Sequence record: KC690136
Strand: one strand, 5' to 3'
Length of the DNA: 64,000 bases
Source: Escherichia phage JES2013
The position numbers were made by a program, and so were the translations under genes. Positions 35,393 to 44,385 of this stretch are shown piece after piece. The notes under the pieces were generated by a model that did no database searches, was not told the DNA's origin, and worked only from the letters and a program-made list of their open reading frames with translations. Each line of letters begins with the position of its first letter. The stretch's first letter is position 1.

Positions 35393-35721
35393 TGAAGATT
35401 GACCCGTTACTGAAGGCTCGTGCAGAAAAAGCGTACACCATTAAGCTGACCAACCTGGTTCCTACTTGTCATCCAGATGTAGGTTGGCCCGAAGGTTTGG
35501 TGGAGGGAACTGTAACAGCTGCATACCTTCCTAACATCAAATACCTCATGGAGATCTTAGAGATGGATGAGGAAACTGCAGAACAGTTCCAGTTGGATAT
35601 GAAACAGAGTGGGACTCTGGTTATTCACGGGTGGTATAATACTAAAGATGCAGAAGACCCTCTGGTAACTTCTAATCTGGCATATGAAATCTTAGGGCCT
35701 TTGAACCTGGAGGAAGACTAA
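35392..35721 (+). CDS. Small acidic protein
   Basis: 109-aa ORF, overlapping start/stop with neighbours. Confidence 0.5.
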   Translation: MKIDPLLKARAEKAYTIKLTNLVPTCHPDVGWPEGLVEGTVTAAYLPNIKYLMEILEMDEETAEQFQLDMKQSGTLVIHGWYNTKDAEDPLVTSNLAYEILGPLNLEED

Positions 35722-36008
35722 TGAAAGATCTGGTTAAGATTAAGATTAAAGATACCAATGGGGAGCTCAGCCATTTTGGAATTAATGATGGTGACGAGCT
35801 GATCGCACACCTGCCTACCAAGGAGGTTGTAAGCAAAGCAGTTGCCGGAGAAGAAGCTGCAATGCAGGCTGCAGGTGTGGATGAAAACTATGTAGCTATG
35901 TGCATGTGCCGAGATCAGGTTGTTCTGTATAAAGCGTATCGACCAAACGGAGCCACGGAGTGGCTTGTATTCCGACCCGAAGGATATGAAATCTTAGAGG
36001 CACTATGA
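35721..36008 (+). CDS. Small acidic protein
   Basis: MKDLVKIKIKDTNGE...GYEILEAL. Confidence 0.5.
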   Translation: MKDLVKIKIKDTNGELSHFGINDGDELIAHLPTKEVVSKAVAGEEAAMQAAGVDENYVAMCMCRDQVVLYKAYRPNGATEWLVFRPEGYEILEAL

Positions 36009-36088
36009 TAAATCTTGCCAAGGTTGCAACGGCACTGTTAATTATTTGCTGGTCAGTAACCTTAACACTGTGTCTTGTATTTCAGTGA
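36005..36088 (+). CDS. Small hydrophobic peptide (27 aa)
   Basis: sORF MINLAKVATALLIICWSVTLTLCLVFQ; ATG overlaps upstream stop. Confidence 0.3.
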   Translation: MINLAKVATALLIICWSVTLTLCLVFQ

Positions 36089-36097
36089 GGTGCTTGT

Positions 36098-36361
36098 ATG
36101 AACATCCTGATGTGGGTTATAGCAGTGGCGTTTGTTGCATGTTTTTGCTGCTGGGTTGCGGTGAGGATTTCTGTAGCTACCCTTCGGAAGTTGGGGTTCT
36201 CAGAATGGGATATTAATATCCTTTCTTTTCGCAATGAGACAATATCAGCCGCCCTGCTTTGTAAGAAATTCAAGTGGGAACCTTGTGAGGTCATGAACTA
36301 TCTAAGAACGGGAGATATCCCTGAAAGATTTAAAAAAGTTCTTGACGGTAAGGATAAATGA
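36098..36361 (+). CDS. Membrane-anchored protein
   Basis: N-terminal TM MNILMWVIAVAFVACFCCWVAV. Confidence 0.5.
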   Translation: MNILMWVIAVAFVACFCCWVAVRISVATLRKLGFSEWDINILSFRNETISAALLCKKFKWEPCEVMNYLRTGDIPERFKKVLDGKDK

Positions 36362-36389
36362 TAGTATAGTGACTAACAAGAGGTGAGGA

Positions 36390-36530
36390 ATGACAGATTT
36401 TACTGAAGCTTTAATGATGGCCTTGTCTGTTTTAGCGCTATCGGTGTGTTTTGGGGCGTTATTCACATCTCTGGTTAAAGTTTTACATACAGTATTATTA
36501 CCCAAGGAGCGCAGTAATGACGAAGATTGA
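36390..36530 (+). CDS. Small membrane peptide (46 aa)
   Basis: sORF MTDFTEALMMALSVLALSVCFGALFTSLVKVLHTVLL...; GGTGAGG SD. Confidence 0.3.
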   Translation: MTDFTEALMMALSVLALSVCFGALFTSLVKVLHTVLLPKERSNDED

Positions 36531-36768
36531 CTTGAATGCTGGCGACCATGTTGTTGTCAAATGCATCGGAGATTATCTTGGATTCACAATCGGCAATACT
36601 TACGAGGCGGTAGTGGCGAAGGTTTATCATGATAAAGTCCTCAGTCTTGTATTTGACTGCGATGATGATGGGGATGACCGATACGTCTGTGAGGTGCTGG
36701 CACGAGACGATAGTGAAGACCAGAAATTCCTGGTTATTGAACTGAACGGTATTTTTGTAGAACGTTAA
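36517..36768 (+). CDS. Hypothetical protein
   Basis: Start refined to ATG after AAGGAG (MTKIDLNAGDHVV). Confidence 0.45.
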   Translation: MTKIDLNAGDHVVVKCIGDYLGFTIGNTYEAVVAKVYHDKVLSLVFDCDDDGDDRYVCEVLARDDSEDQKFLVIELNGIFVER

Positions 36769-36796
36769 TTTAAAACAACATAAGGAGACTCTTACT

Positions 36797-37102
36797 ATGG
36801 CTAAATCTAAAGTTGAACTGTTCACCTCTCTTCCTTCTGACACTGCAGAGCGTGATCGCCTTCGCAAAACAATCGAAGAACTGGTGGAACTCCAACTTCA
36901 GATTAAAGATCTGAAAGATGCCATCAAGGATATCATTCTTGTTGAGAAGCAGGATCATCTGTATTCTCCTAAATTCATCAAATCTCTGGTGGCTACCGAG
37001 TTCGATATTCGATATGAGGCTGAAAAACGTCGAGCTAAAATCGAAGAAGAGGTTGAGCACATGTCCGAGGCAGACATTCTGTTCAAACGCTCTGTAGAAT
37101 AA
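36797..37102 (+). CDS. Hypothetical coiled-coil protein
   Basis: Charged heptad-like sequence; AAGGAG SD. Confidence 0.55.
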   Translation: MAKSKVELFTSLPSDTAERDRLRKTIEELVELQLQIKDLKDAIKDIILVEKQDHLYSPKFIKSLVATEFDIRYEAEKRRAKIEEEVEHMSEADILFKRSVE

Positions 37103-37110
37103 TGACAAAG

Positions 37111-37135
37111 AGAGGGGCTTGGGCCCCTCTTTTTA
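37111..37135 (+). terminator. Rho-independent terminator GAGGGGC-ttgg-GCCCCTC + TTTTT
   Basis: Perfect 7-bp GC stem and T tract after stop. Confidence 0.7.
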
Positions 37136-37157
37136 CTATCTATGAAGGAGATTTGAG

Positions 37158-37484
37158 ATGGGTATACCGATCACTGTAAAAGAATTGAATGAACGTGATG
37201 CAGGTGGTCTATGGCCTGCACGAAAAATACGCTGCGTCTACATGAAAGAGAACCTTGAACATCTTGATCAACAGATCAAGGTCGGTGATATTTTCGAGGT
37301 CTTCTATTCCAATCGTCGCAACTGGGAAACCATTCAGCCTTCTGGTTTTGTTCTTGCCAAACTTGACACTGGAGAAGTGATTATCCCAGGGTTGGATATT
37401 GTCTTCGAAATTATCCAGGAGTGGGATCCGGATAAGATTAGATATGAAGAGTTATTCGGTGAAGGTATTATCAAACCTGTGTGA
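37158..37484 (+). CDS. Hypothetical protein
   Basis: 108-aa ORF. Confidence 0.5.
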   Translation: MGIPITVKELNERDAGGLWPARKIRCVYMKENLEHLDQQIKVGDIFEVFYSNRRNWETIQPSGFVLAKLDTGEVIIPGLDIVFEIIQEWDPDKIRYEELFGEGIIKPV

Positions 37485-37792
37485 GGTGGATTATGTCTAC
37501 AAAGACGGCTAAATACTCCTACATGCCATCAACCTCTGCAGAGGTAGATTTTAGTTTCGATGTGTTTCCACTGTTTGAGGTGGTTCTGGCATACCCAACA
37601 ATACTATCTACTCCGGAATCACTTGTGCCTGTTAAGTTGCAGAACGCCATGCATTCTATGCACTACAACAATAAATGCAGGCACAGATGGTGTCAGGACG
37701 AGGAAAAAGATCTGGATAGTTTGAGAGATTTTGACAGTCACCTTTTGACACCTTTCAGCTACTCCAACCTTGATAAGCCATCATGGGTATAG
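37481..37792 (+). CDS. Hypothetical protein
   Basis: 103-aa ORF. Confidence 0.45.
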   Translation: MRWIMSTKTAKYSYMPSTSAEVDFSFDVFPLFEVVLAYPTILSTPESLVPVKLQNAMHSMHYNNKCRHRWCQDEEKDLDSLRDFDSHLLTPFSYSNLDKPSWV

Positions 37793-37816
37793 CAAAATAT
37801 CAAATTTAAGACACCT

Positions 37817-37844
37817 AGGACGCTCTGTGGCGTCCTTTTCTTTA
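37817..37844 (+). terminator. Rho-independent terminator AGGACGC-tctgtg-GCGTCCT + TTTCTTT
   Basis: 7-bp stem, T-rich tail, just after 37792 stop. Confidence 0.7.
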
Positions 37845-38005
37845 TCTGGTGCACGATTGCATACCTTGGACAGATAATCTCCTTACAGAGCGTTTAAGAG
37901 CTTCCTACAAACAACTCTCTTTTTCGAGCGTAGCGAGAACGCACGTCCGTTTTGACCAAAATCACCATACGCTCGGATTTTAACCAAACCCTCGCGGCGT
38001 TTCTG

Positions 38006-38034
38006 TTGACACATTGCCGCTCCAGTGATAATAT
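38006..38034 (+). promoter_or_regulatory. Sigma70-like promoter TTGACA-N17-TAATAT
   Basis: Consensus hexamers; lies inside track ORF 37952..38365, so that ORF's 5' part is unlikely to be coding. Confidence 0.6.
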
Positions 38035-38054
38035 CCACACATCATTTGGAGAAT

Positions 38055-38156
38055 ATGGAATACACAATGAAAACATTGTCCGAAGTTTTAGTGGTGATCC
38101 TGATGATCATTACGTCCATAGCGGCTGTTGCCGGAATACTCACGGGTGGAACATGA
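38055..38156 (+). CDS. Small membrane peptide (33 aa)
   Basis: sORF MEYTMKTLSEVLVVILMIITSIAAVAGILTGGT; GGAG SD; stop overlaps next ATG (ATGA). Confidence 0.35.
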   Translation: MEYTMKTLSEVLVVILMIITSIAAVAGILTGGT

Positions 38157-38365
38157 TCAACACACATGCATCTGAAGAGACATCAAAAGGAGTGACTATA
38201 TGTCCCTTGGCTGAGCCAGTGAAAGAGGAAAACTTCGATTCTGAAGATTCTCCATCTTCGCTCCAGGTAGACCCTGAGGCTGATGACCTAACGTGGGAAG
38301 ACATCGTAGATATCTGGTTCTCTGTTATGCCTGAGCACGAAGAGTTCAGGGGTGGTAGACTATGA
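38153..38365 (+). CDS. Hypothetical acidic protein
   Basis: 70-aa ORF translationally coupled to upstream peptide. Confidence 0.4.
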   Translation: MINTHASEETSKGVTICPLAEPVKEENFDSEDSPSSLQVDPEADDLTWEDIVDIWFSVMPEHEEFRGGRL

Positions 38366-38486
38366 AGCACCGAGCCCACACAAGTTCCTCATGCTAAAGC
38401 ATGGCCTGAAGAGGCAAACGTGCATAATTCCTGTGCATCGGAACGTATGAAACCTTGTTCACACTCTCATTTCCAGAGGAGATTTT

Positions 38487-38702
38487 ATGAAGATAGAAAT
38501 ATTTGGTGGAGCTGACAACACTCGTGGCCTGATTTACCTTGAATTCGATGAATCATACCTACCAGAGGTGTTAAATATAGACTCTGTTGCGGAGGCTTTG
38601 GGAGTAAACCCTAAAGAACTCCACTCTTGTGCTGAGATCGATGGTTGGGAAGAGACCATGAACATTGATTTCAGTGAAGTAGAGGATGAACCGCTGGACT
38701 GA
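38487..38702 (+). CDS. Small acidic protein
   Basis: MKIEIFGGADNTRGLIYLEFDE...; last gene of rightward block. Confidence 0.5.
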   Translation: MKIEIFGGADNTRGLIYLEFDESYLPEVLNIDSVAEALGVNPKELHSCAEIDGWEETMNIDFSEVEDEPLD

Positions 38703-39541
38703 CACACAATTAGCTGCCCGGCTAAAGTGCTGGAAGCACCTATAACACATCTTTCAACTAAATTTCCCACCACAACAATCACTTACCTCCCATACATGAC
38801 TGTTTGCTTGTTTAGTGAGCAGTCATGCCTTGACATTCTTGCCTATCCTGATAAAATTAAGTTCTTCTCTTTTCTTTTACCGAGTAATTCGGGTTTTCTG
38901 TTCTCTTCGGTTTGAAGGGGTATGGAGATACACCTGAGTGAACAGGGTGAACAACCGAACATTTGGCTATGGCATTAGCATGGCGAAGCGGACGGGTGAC
39001 GAAAGAGGGGCCGGAGGACACCAGTCACTGCCATATGGTATATGGGTGATAACCTGAAGAGTCTGAATAAGTGTTTAAGTACCAGTCAGAGGAAAAGGTG
39101 AATGGTAGCCGAAGGGGGAGGGGGGTTTCTTGTATCTTTAATTTGTATATTATGTATACACTTGTAAACCAATCTCATTTGAATTTGTTTACCACACAAA
39201 GTGGATAGAGACAAATATTACCTATTAAACTTGAATTATTTATAGAAAATACCACAACACTACTTAAGTCTTTGATTTTACACACAAATCCTGCAGATAT
39301 TCACCCTCCATATTTAACATACTTGTAACATATTCCATACTCTACCTGCCCGATCAATTCACCCAACTACATCCCCATATTTTCCCTGTCTGTACTACCC
39401 CTGCCCCGCCGGGAGTCCCGTCATATCTGGCTTTCCAGCAAATATCACACCCACAAATATCATTGCCTGAAGAGGGTTTCGTCCCATAATACATGCCTTA
39501 CCTGAAGAGCGCTTCATATACCCCGTAAATTTTTTAATTGA

Positions 39542-39574
39542 CCCCCTCCCCGCCGCCGGAGGGGTCGGCTTTTC
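39542..39574 (+). terminator. Terminator-like hairpin CCCCTCC-ccgccgcc-GGAGGGG + TCGGCTTTT
   Basis: GC-rich stem followed by T tract in gene-free region. Confidence 0.5.
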
Positions 39575-40120
39575 CCACACAGACCTGAAGAGTCAGCCAG
39601 AAATATCTGAATGGACCCAATTCTGCCCTGTTATGAGCCGTAGCGACTGGAGTGCTGCCAGGCGGACGAAATGGGAATACTTCTCATTCTTATAACAATT
39701 CTCAAATATCGAGGCAGTGAGGCAAATTAATAGGTAAGGCCGTTCACATAGTGGCACAACATTTGCAGTCTATCTGATGTGGTTGAATGAGAATACCTAT
39801 CATTGTGAGAATAGTTATCATTACGGGCAATTTAACATAATACCCATTATGCGCACCACTGGCGATACATACAGGGATTGATAACATGAGTTACTGTTTA
39901 CGCATATAACAATTATATTTCTTATCATTTGTGTGGGATATAGTTAGCAGCCGATAGATTAGATATTGACCTGCGGACTTCTGACCGTCTAGACGTCTAA
40001 ACGCCCACACAACAAGGCTTATACATACATCGCTGAATGTAAACATGGCCGCAAAAATGCTACCATACAAGATTGTAAATTTTTCATGCAGCACTTGACA
40101 AAGAGGAGAAAAACTTGTCT

Positions 40121-40162
40121 GACACTTTAGACATACTGGTGACACAATATGACACTTTAGAC
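40121..40162. repeat. Direct repeat GACACTTTAGAC (two copies, 30 bp apart), followed by iterated TGTTTAC/TGTTCAC motifs to about 40360
   Basis: Exact 12-mers at 40121 and 40151; at least eight (A)CTGTTTAC-like motifs in the next 200 bp. Confidence 0.55.
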
Positions 40163-40449
40163 TTAATTGACATGCCTGACTGTTTACGCTGTCACTATTC
40201 GCGCTATTACTATTCACTCCCTTTACTGTTCACGCTCTTACTGTTTACATGCTTAATGGTTTACATGCTTAATAGACTGCATGTCTAATAGTTTACATAG
40301 CTAACTGTTCACATACTTATCATTTACATGATTGACTGTTTACACAGAGATGATAAGCCATGACATTCGTTTGCATGACAATAATTAACAAGATAACAAT
40401 TGACAAGCTAACAGCCAACAAGCTGACAATTAACTTGTTTACAATAGAT

Positions 40450-40615
40450 GACATAATATAAAAGCAGGGCAACTATTAGAAGATCTATAGTTGCCTTGCT
40501 TGTTATGTCATGATTAACTAAATACAAGGCAACTATGATCTGATTAATAGTTTGCAAACAAACTATCACGGGGGTGATGGTTACTGCTTTTATATTATGT
40601 CGCGACTCCGTCGCG
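40450..40615. repeat. Nested inverted repeats: 18-bp arms GACATAATATAAAAGCAG / CTGCTTTTATATTATGTC around palindrome GGCAACTAT-N10-ATAGTTGCC, plus CGCGAC-tcc-GTCGCG
   Basis: Arms at 40450-40467 and 40584-40601 are exact reverse complements; inner palindrome 40468-40495; GGCAACTAT also recurs at about 40517 and 40634. Confidence 0.6.
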
Positions 40616-41295
40616 CCATGCCATTCGTTTGCATAGTTGCCTTATTGTTACAGATAAAATAATTGTATTGTTAATTATTTCTTATCTTTCTATTAGTCAT
40701 CTAATGATTCCAGTCAATATAGTAATGTACAGTAAACATTAGACGACTAAAGATTTATCTGCTTATAATAACTTACCGTGACAATTTCGGACTGTTTACG
40801 AAAAATGTTGGCACCTAAGCTGATTTATGTTATGCAGTTTACACGAATAATTATTTTATGCAGGTATTGACTATTCCATTATTCTATGGTTGGAATAAAT
40901 ACTTAGCAGACTATAGAATGGTGAGCGTACGTAAATTCTGAGATCTGGCGGCTATAGTTATACTCGATTTTTCACGTAGAGCACGCTTTTGTGGTTATGT
41001 AAGTGTATGACTTATAAAGATTTTTAGTTGTTGACAAGACACTGAAGATATGCATCAGGTTAAATTTTGTGCAATAGCTGCATTACGTGCAATTTTGGAA
41101 GGAAAAACGGGTAAAAATAGCCCTGCTACCACACAATGAAAAGTTATGCAATAGTTATTTTACATGTATATTTGTACAGTGTGTGGGGTTGATGGCTCGT
41201 CAATTATTCCACTTGCCAGGTAGGGCCGTTTATGGTAGGGGGAAGATCAGACAAAAAGAAAGGGGCCTAAGCCCCTTGATAATTCAGTTAAAAAA

Positions 41296-41715
41296 TTATA
41301 ATGATTCGTATATTTCAAAAATCCGATTTGCCAGGTCGTTACGGTACCGGAATTTTTCATCACGTTTGATCATAAGATCTTTATAGCCGTACTCTTTAAG
41401 CACTTCATTAACTTTATGGCGGCACACCTTCATATTATCCTGAGCGTCACCAATAAACCTGTTGCTATGGTGCATGGCTTTAATTTCTTCTTCCAGGACC
41501 AGGGCAACTATGCGGACCGGATCAAGCTGATAGGCGGTAACATCAATGCGGCATTGTAAACGGCTTTTTACGTCTGCCACCGGATATACTGCAACCTCTT
41601 CCCCGTCAACATTGACAATAATTAGTTTACCATCGATTTCGAATCCTTTCGCCGCCGGACCGTGACAAAAAGCGTTATCAAAGCTATATGCCGGATTATT
41701 AGATTTAATGTTCAT
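41296..41715 (-). CDS. Hypothetical protein
   Basis: 139-aa ORF; last gene of leftward block. Confidence 0.5.
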   Translation of the reverse strand: MNIKSNNPAYSFDNAFCHGPAAKGFEIDGKLIIVNVDGEEVAVYPVADVKSRLQCRIDVTAYQLDPVRIVALVLEEEIKAMHHSNRFIGDAQDNMKVCRHKVNEVLKEYGYKDLMIKRDEKFRYRNDLANRIFEIYESL

Positions 41716-41860
41716 GGTGTTTTTACCTCTTAGTTAATTTTCTTACAACTTCCCTTTAAAAAAGAATATAGCAAAACTGCCGATCCTTGTCAATAAGGAT
41801 AGCATAATTTTTATGTGATCAAGGGGCTTTATTGCCCCCCTGACCATGTAACTTGTTGTA

Positions 41861-42124
41861 TTATTTGTTATTCATCCAGTTTTCCCAAGCTGCCTGATAA
41901 TCTGCTTCACTGCGGCGGATCTCTTCTTGCTCTTCAAGTCGGATCTCTTCTTCCAGGTACCCCAGGATATCGGCTTTTTTGGTCTGGCGTAACATCCAAT
42001 CATCTTTTTTACGGGTAAAGATCTTATATGCTTTCTCGCAAACCTCTTTTTTGCTACCTTTTTGGACTTCAAGAACTTTGTAGGCCATGTACTGAACTAG
42101 TTTGAGCTGATCAAGACGTTTCAT
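41861..42124 (-). CDS. Hypothetical protein
   Basis: 87-aa charged ORF. Confidence 0.45.
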   Translation of the reverse strand: MKRLDQLKLVQYMAYKVLEVQKGSKKEVCEKAYKIFTRKKDDWMLRQTKKADILGYLEEEIRLEEQEEIRRSEADYQAAWENWMNNK

Positions 42125-42184
42125 GATGTTTACCTCTTTATGCGGTTCTGATTAGTGGGCCTTTTGGCCCGTGTCATTATCTTA

Positions 42185-42457
42185 TTACTTATGGCGGCAG
42201 AATTCAAGCGTTTTTAATTGATAATCTTCCTCAGCCTGGAGTACGACCGCCTCGATCATTTCGTTGGCATTGTTAAAGCCATAACCTTTAGCGAAATCAT
42301 CCGCGCCACCTTCGTGATCATGTTCTGCGTTCATCGCTTCCACAAAATGGAATTCCAAATTGTTGAGGTAGGGGCTTGATGTTCCGTCCTCTTTTTCGAT
42401 GAGATCCCAAATAGCATTAAAACGTGATTCTACTTCTTGATTAATCCAGCTTGACAC
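42185..42457 (-). CDS. Hypothetical acidic protein
   Basis: 90-aa ORF. Confidence 0.5.
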   Translation of the reverse strand: MSSWINQEVESRFNAIWDLIEKEDGTSSPYLNNLEFHFVEAMNAEHDHEGGADDFAKGYGFNNANEMIEAVVLQAEEDYQLKTLEFCRHK

Positions 42458-42668
42458 AGTGTTTTCCTCTCTTCTGGTTGTTGTGTGGGCACTTTTGCCC
42501 CTTCAAGATAAATGTTACCCCACCCCATGGCAGATGTCAACGGTTTTTATAGTTCTTATATGACAGGCAGGCCCGGTGATTGTCTCCCCCCGTCGCCAGG
42601 TGCCTGCCGTGAAACAAGTATAACAAAAAACAGGACCATTGCAAGCCCTGTTTTGTAGTTTATAAATA

Positions 42669-42860
42669 TTATATTTTTTCGCCTATGTAGTCCGGTCGGT
42701 TTTTCTCTGTCATGCGCTTTAGCAATTCTTGCATGTTGCTTATGGCTTGTAGTGTATCCCCTTCCAGGCTTGAATCGACATAATCAGGATCGTCTATGAC
42801 CTTTCTATGATTATGATAACGCAGTACCGCCAATACCTTTCTGACTTGTTCGATATTCAT
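42669..42860 (-). CDS. Hypothetical protein
   Basis: 63-aa ORF. Confidence 0.45.
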   Translation of the reverse strand: MNIEQVRKVLAVLRYHNHRKVIDDPDYVDSSLEGDTLQAISNMQELLKRMTEKNRPDYIGEKI

Positions 42861-43009
42861 TTTTACCGCTCTTTAAAACAAGGTGCCAACCGTTTCCAAT
42901 AGATCACTGACTGCCAGGACAATACCGATCAGCACATATCTAACCATAAGGGGAAAGAGCGCCAATATTGCCACCACAATCCCCAAGGTGATAATTATCT
43001 TTCTCATGG

Positions 43010-43294
43010 TTAACGGTTCACGTAAGTTTTCCCGTTCACGGTTATGGGCAGATCCTCCAGGTCTGGATCTTCCTTAAGGTCGCGAGCAAGCTCACCGCAC
43101 CGGATACCCTCGAATCCGTAGTACTCTGTTGTGCCGTCCTTAAAAGTTTTAGCGGCAAGGCATAAGCGATAAGTAACCCCGATTTGATTGACGGCATGAA
43201 TATCCGTTAGATTAACCTCTTTTGCCAGCTCTTTAGCCATTACAGGCGCATTAAGTCCAACAACCAGGGCAACCACTGCGATCATCTTTTTCAT
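43010..43294 (-). CDS. Secreted/periplasmic small protein with signal peptide
   Basis: MKKMIAVVALVVGLNAPVMA-KE resembles a Sec signal peptide with AxA-like cleavage site; start refined to ATG after GAGG. Confidence 0.5.
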   Translation of the reverse strand: MKKMIAVVALVVGLNAPVMAKELAKEVNLTDIHAVNQIGVTYRLCLAAKTFKDGTTEYYGFEGIRCGELARDLKEDPDLEDLPITVNGKTYVNR

Positions 43295-43385
43295 TGTGTC
43301 CATCCTCTTTCTGCTACGTTTAAGGCGGCGGTAACCGCCTGTTTATGCTTTGTTGGTTAATTTTCGGGTATAGGTATAAATTAAA

Positions 43386-43601
43386 CTATGCTGTACGCTC
43401 AACTATAACAACGGCTTGAGGGATCTCACCTTCAACCACTATCAAGGCTTTTTTCTGCGTGATAGATATCTTTACCCGCTTCAGCGTGGCGGTAAAATCT
43501 TTCATTTCGTCACGTGGTGTTTTAGTGCAATACCAGATCTCAGGCTTGCCGATCTGTAAGTTGCGTAAAAATTCTGTTTTGCCTGTTTTGTTAGTGATCA
43601 T
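43386..43601 (-). CDS. Hypothetical protein
   Basis: 71-aa ORF. Confidence 0.45.
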   Translation of the reverse strand: MITNKTGKTEFLRNLQIGKPEIWYCTKTPRDEMKDFTATLKRVKISITQKKALIVVEGEIPQAVVIVERTA

Positions 43602-43610
43602 TTGGCAACC

Positions 43611-43715
43611 TCACCCGATACCGTTGGAAGACAAGATCGCATTAGCCATGGTTGCAATCAGGCCAATACCCAGGGCAATAACCAAGATCACTGCATCGAT
43701 TAATTTCTGTTTCAT
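43611..43715 (-). CDS. Small membrane peptide (34 aa)
   Basis: sORF MKQKLIDAVILVIALGIGLIATMANAILSSNGIG in gap between listed ORFs. Confidence 0.3.
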   Translation of the reverse strand: MKQKLIDAVILVIALGIGLIATMANAILSSNGIG

Positions 43716-43792
43716 GGTGTTTATTCTCTTCTGTTAGTAACCTTATTCATGGGGCCGCTACCACAGCCCCAAGGTAAGGCAGCTATGTGCTT

Positions 43793-44038
43793 TTAGTGTT
43801 TCATTCCAACCATCGCGGCACGGATCGCCGTAGTGCTGTACTTGAAGCCGTCCGGGGTCTTATCTTGTCCGGTTAGCTCCAGAAAAAGCATCATATCCCG
43901 CGCCGCATCATTACGATTAGCATTGGCGTTAATAAAGCCTTGGGCCAACCGGTACAATGACTCATCGTTATTAATCCAAAGGCTTACATTCCAATGAGTT
44001 TTGTTTTTGTAACCGTTATAACCTTTATTGCTTTTCAT
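43793..44038 (-). CDS. Hypothetical protein
   Basis: 81-aa ORF. Confidence 0.45.
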   Translation of the reverse strand: MKSNKGYNGYKNKTHWNVSLWINNDESLYRLAQGFINANANRNDAARDMMLFLELTGQDKTPDGFKYSTTAIRAAMVGMKH

Positions 44039-44385
44039 GGTGTTTACCTCTTCTTTGTTCCAGGTGGCGGATCATTCTACCACCTTATGTATTATGCTTT
44101 GTTAGATGGTTGTTTGTTGTCAAACTATTTTACCGATAATCATCATATGCTTTATTTACCTGGCGAATATAACATTCAAAAGCCAAATCAATAGATTTAT
44201 ATTCACGGATATACTCACCATAGGAAACCACATACATTTCTATAGCTTCCTCATATGCGAGGAGAATAGAATCTAAGCCTACGATCTCAGTCTTTGCAAT
44301 AATAGCCATGATTTTTTATCCTCTTTGTGGTTGGTGGGGTTCGTTGCCCCCTTTGATTTATATATTACAGTCTTATATGGTCATG

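Noticed and set aside
37952-38365. Full-length 137-aa track ORF
   Set aside because: A consensus promoter (38006-38034) and a well-supported peptide ORF in another frame lie inside its 5' part; only the 3' portion from the ATG at 38153 is kept
39891-40217. Track ORF of 108 aa on the minus strand in the repeat region
   Set aside because: It overlaps the iterated direct repeats, its Cys/Ser-rich low-complexity product is driven by the repeat sequence, and it has no RBS
38703-41295. Possible tRNA gene cluster in the large gene-free region
   Set aside because: Scanning for T-arm signatures (GGTTCGAATCC / GTTCAAAT and complements) found none in this region or any other intergenic gap; without a tRNA-finding program this is not definitive
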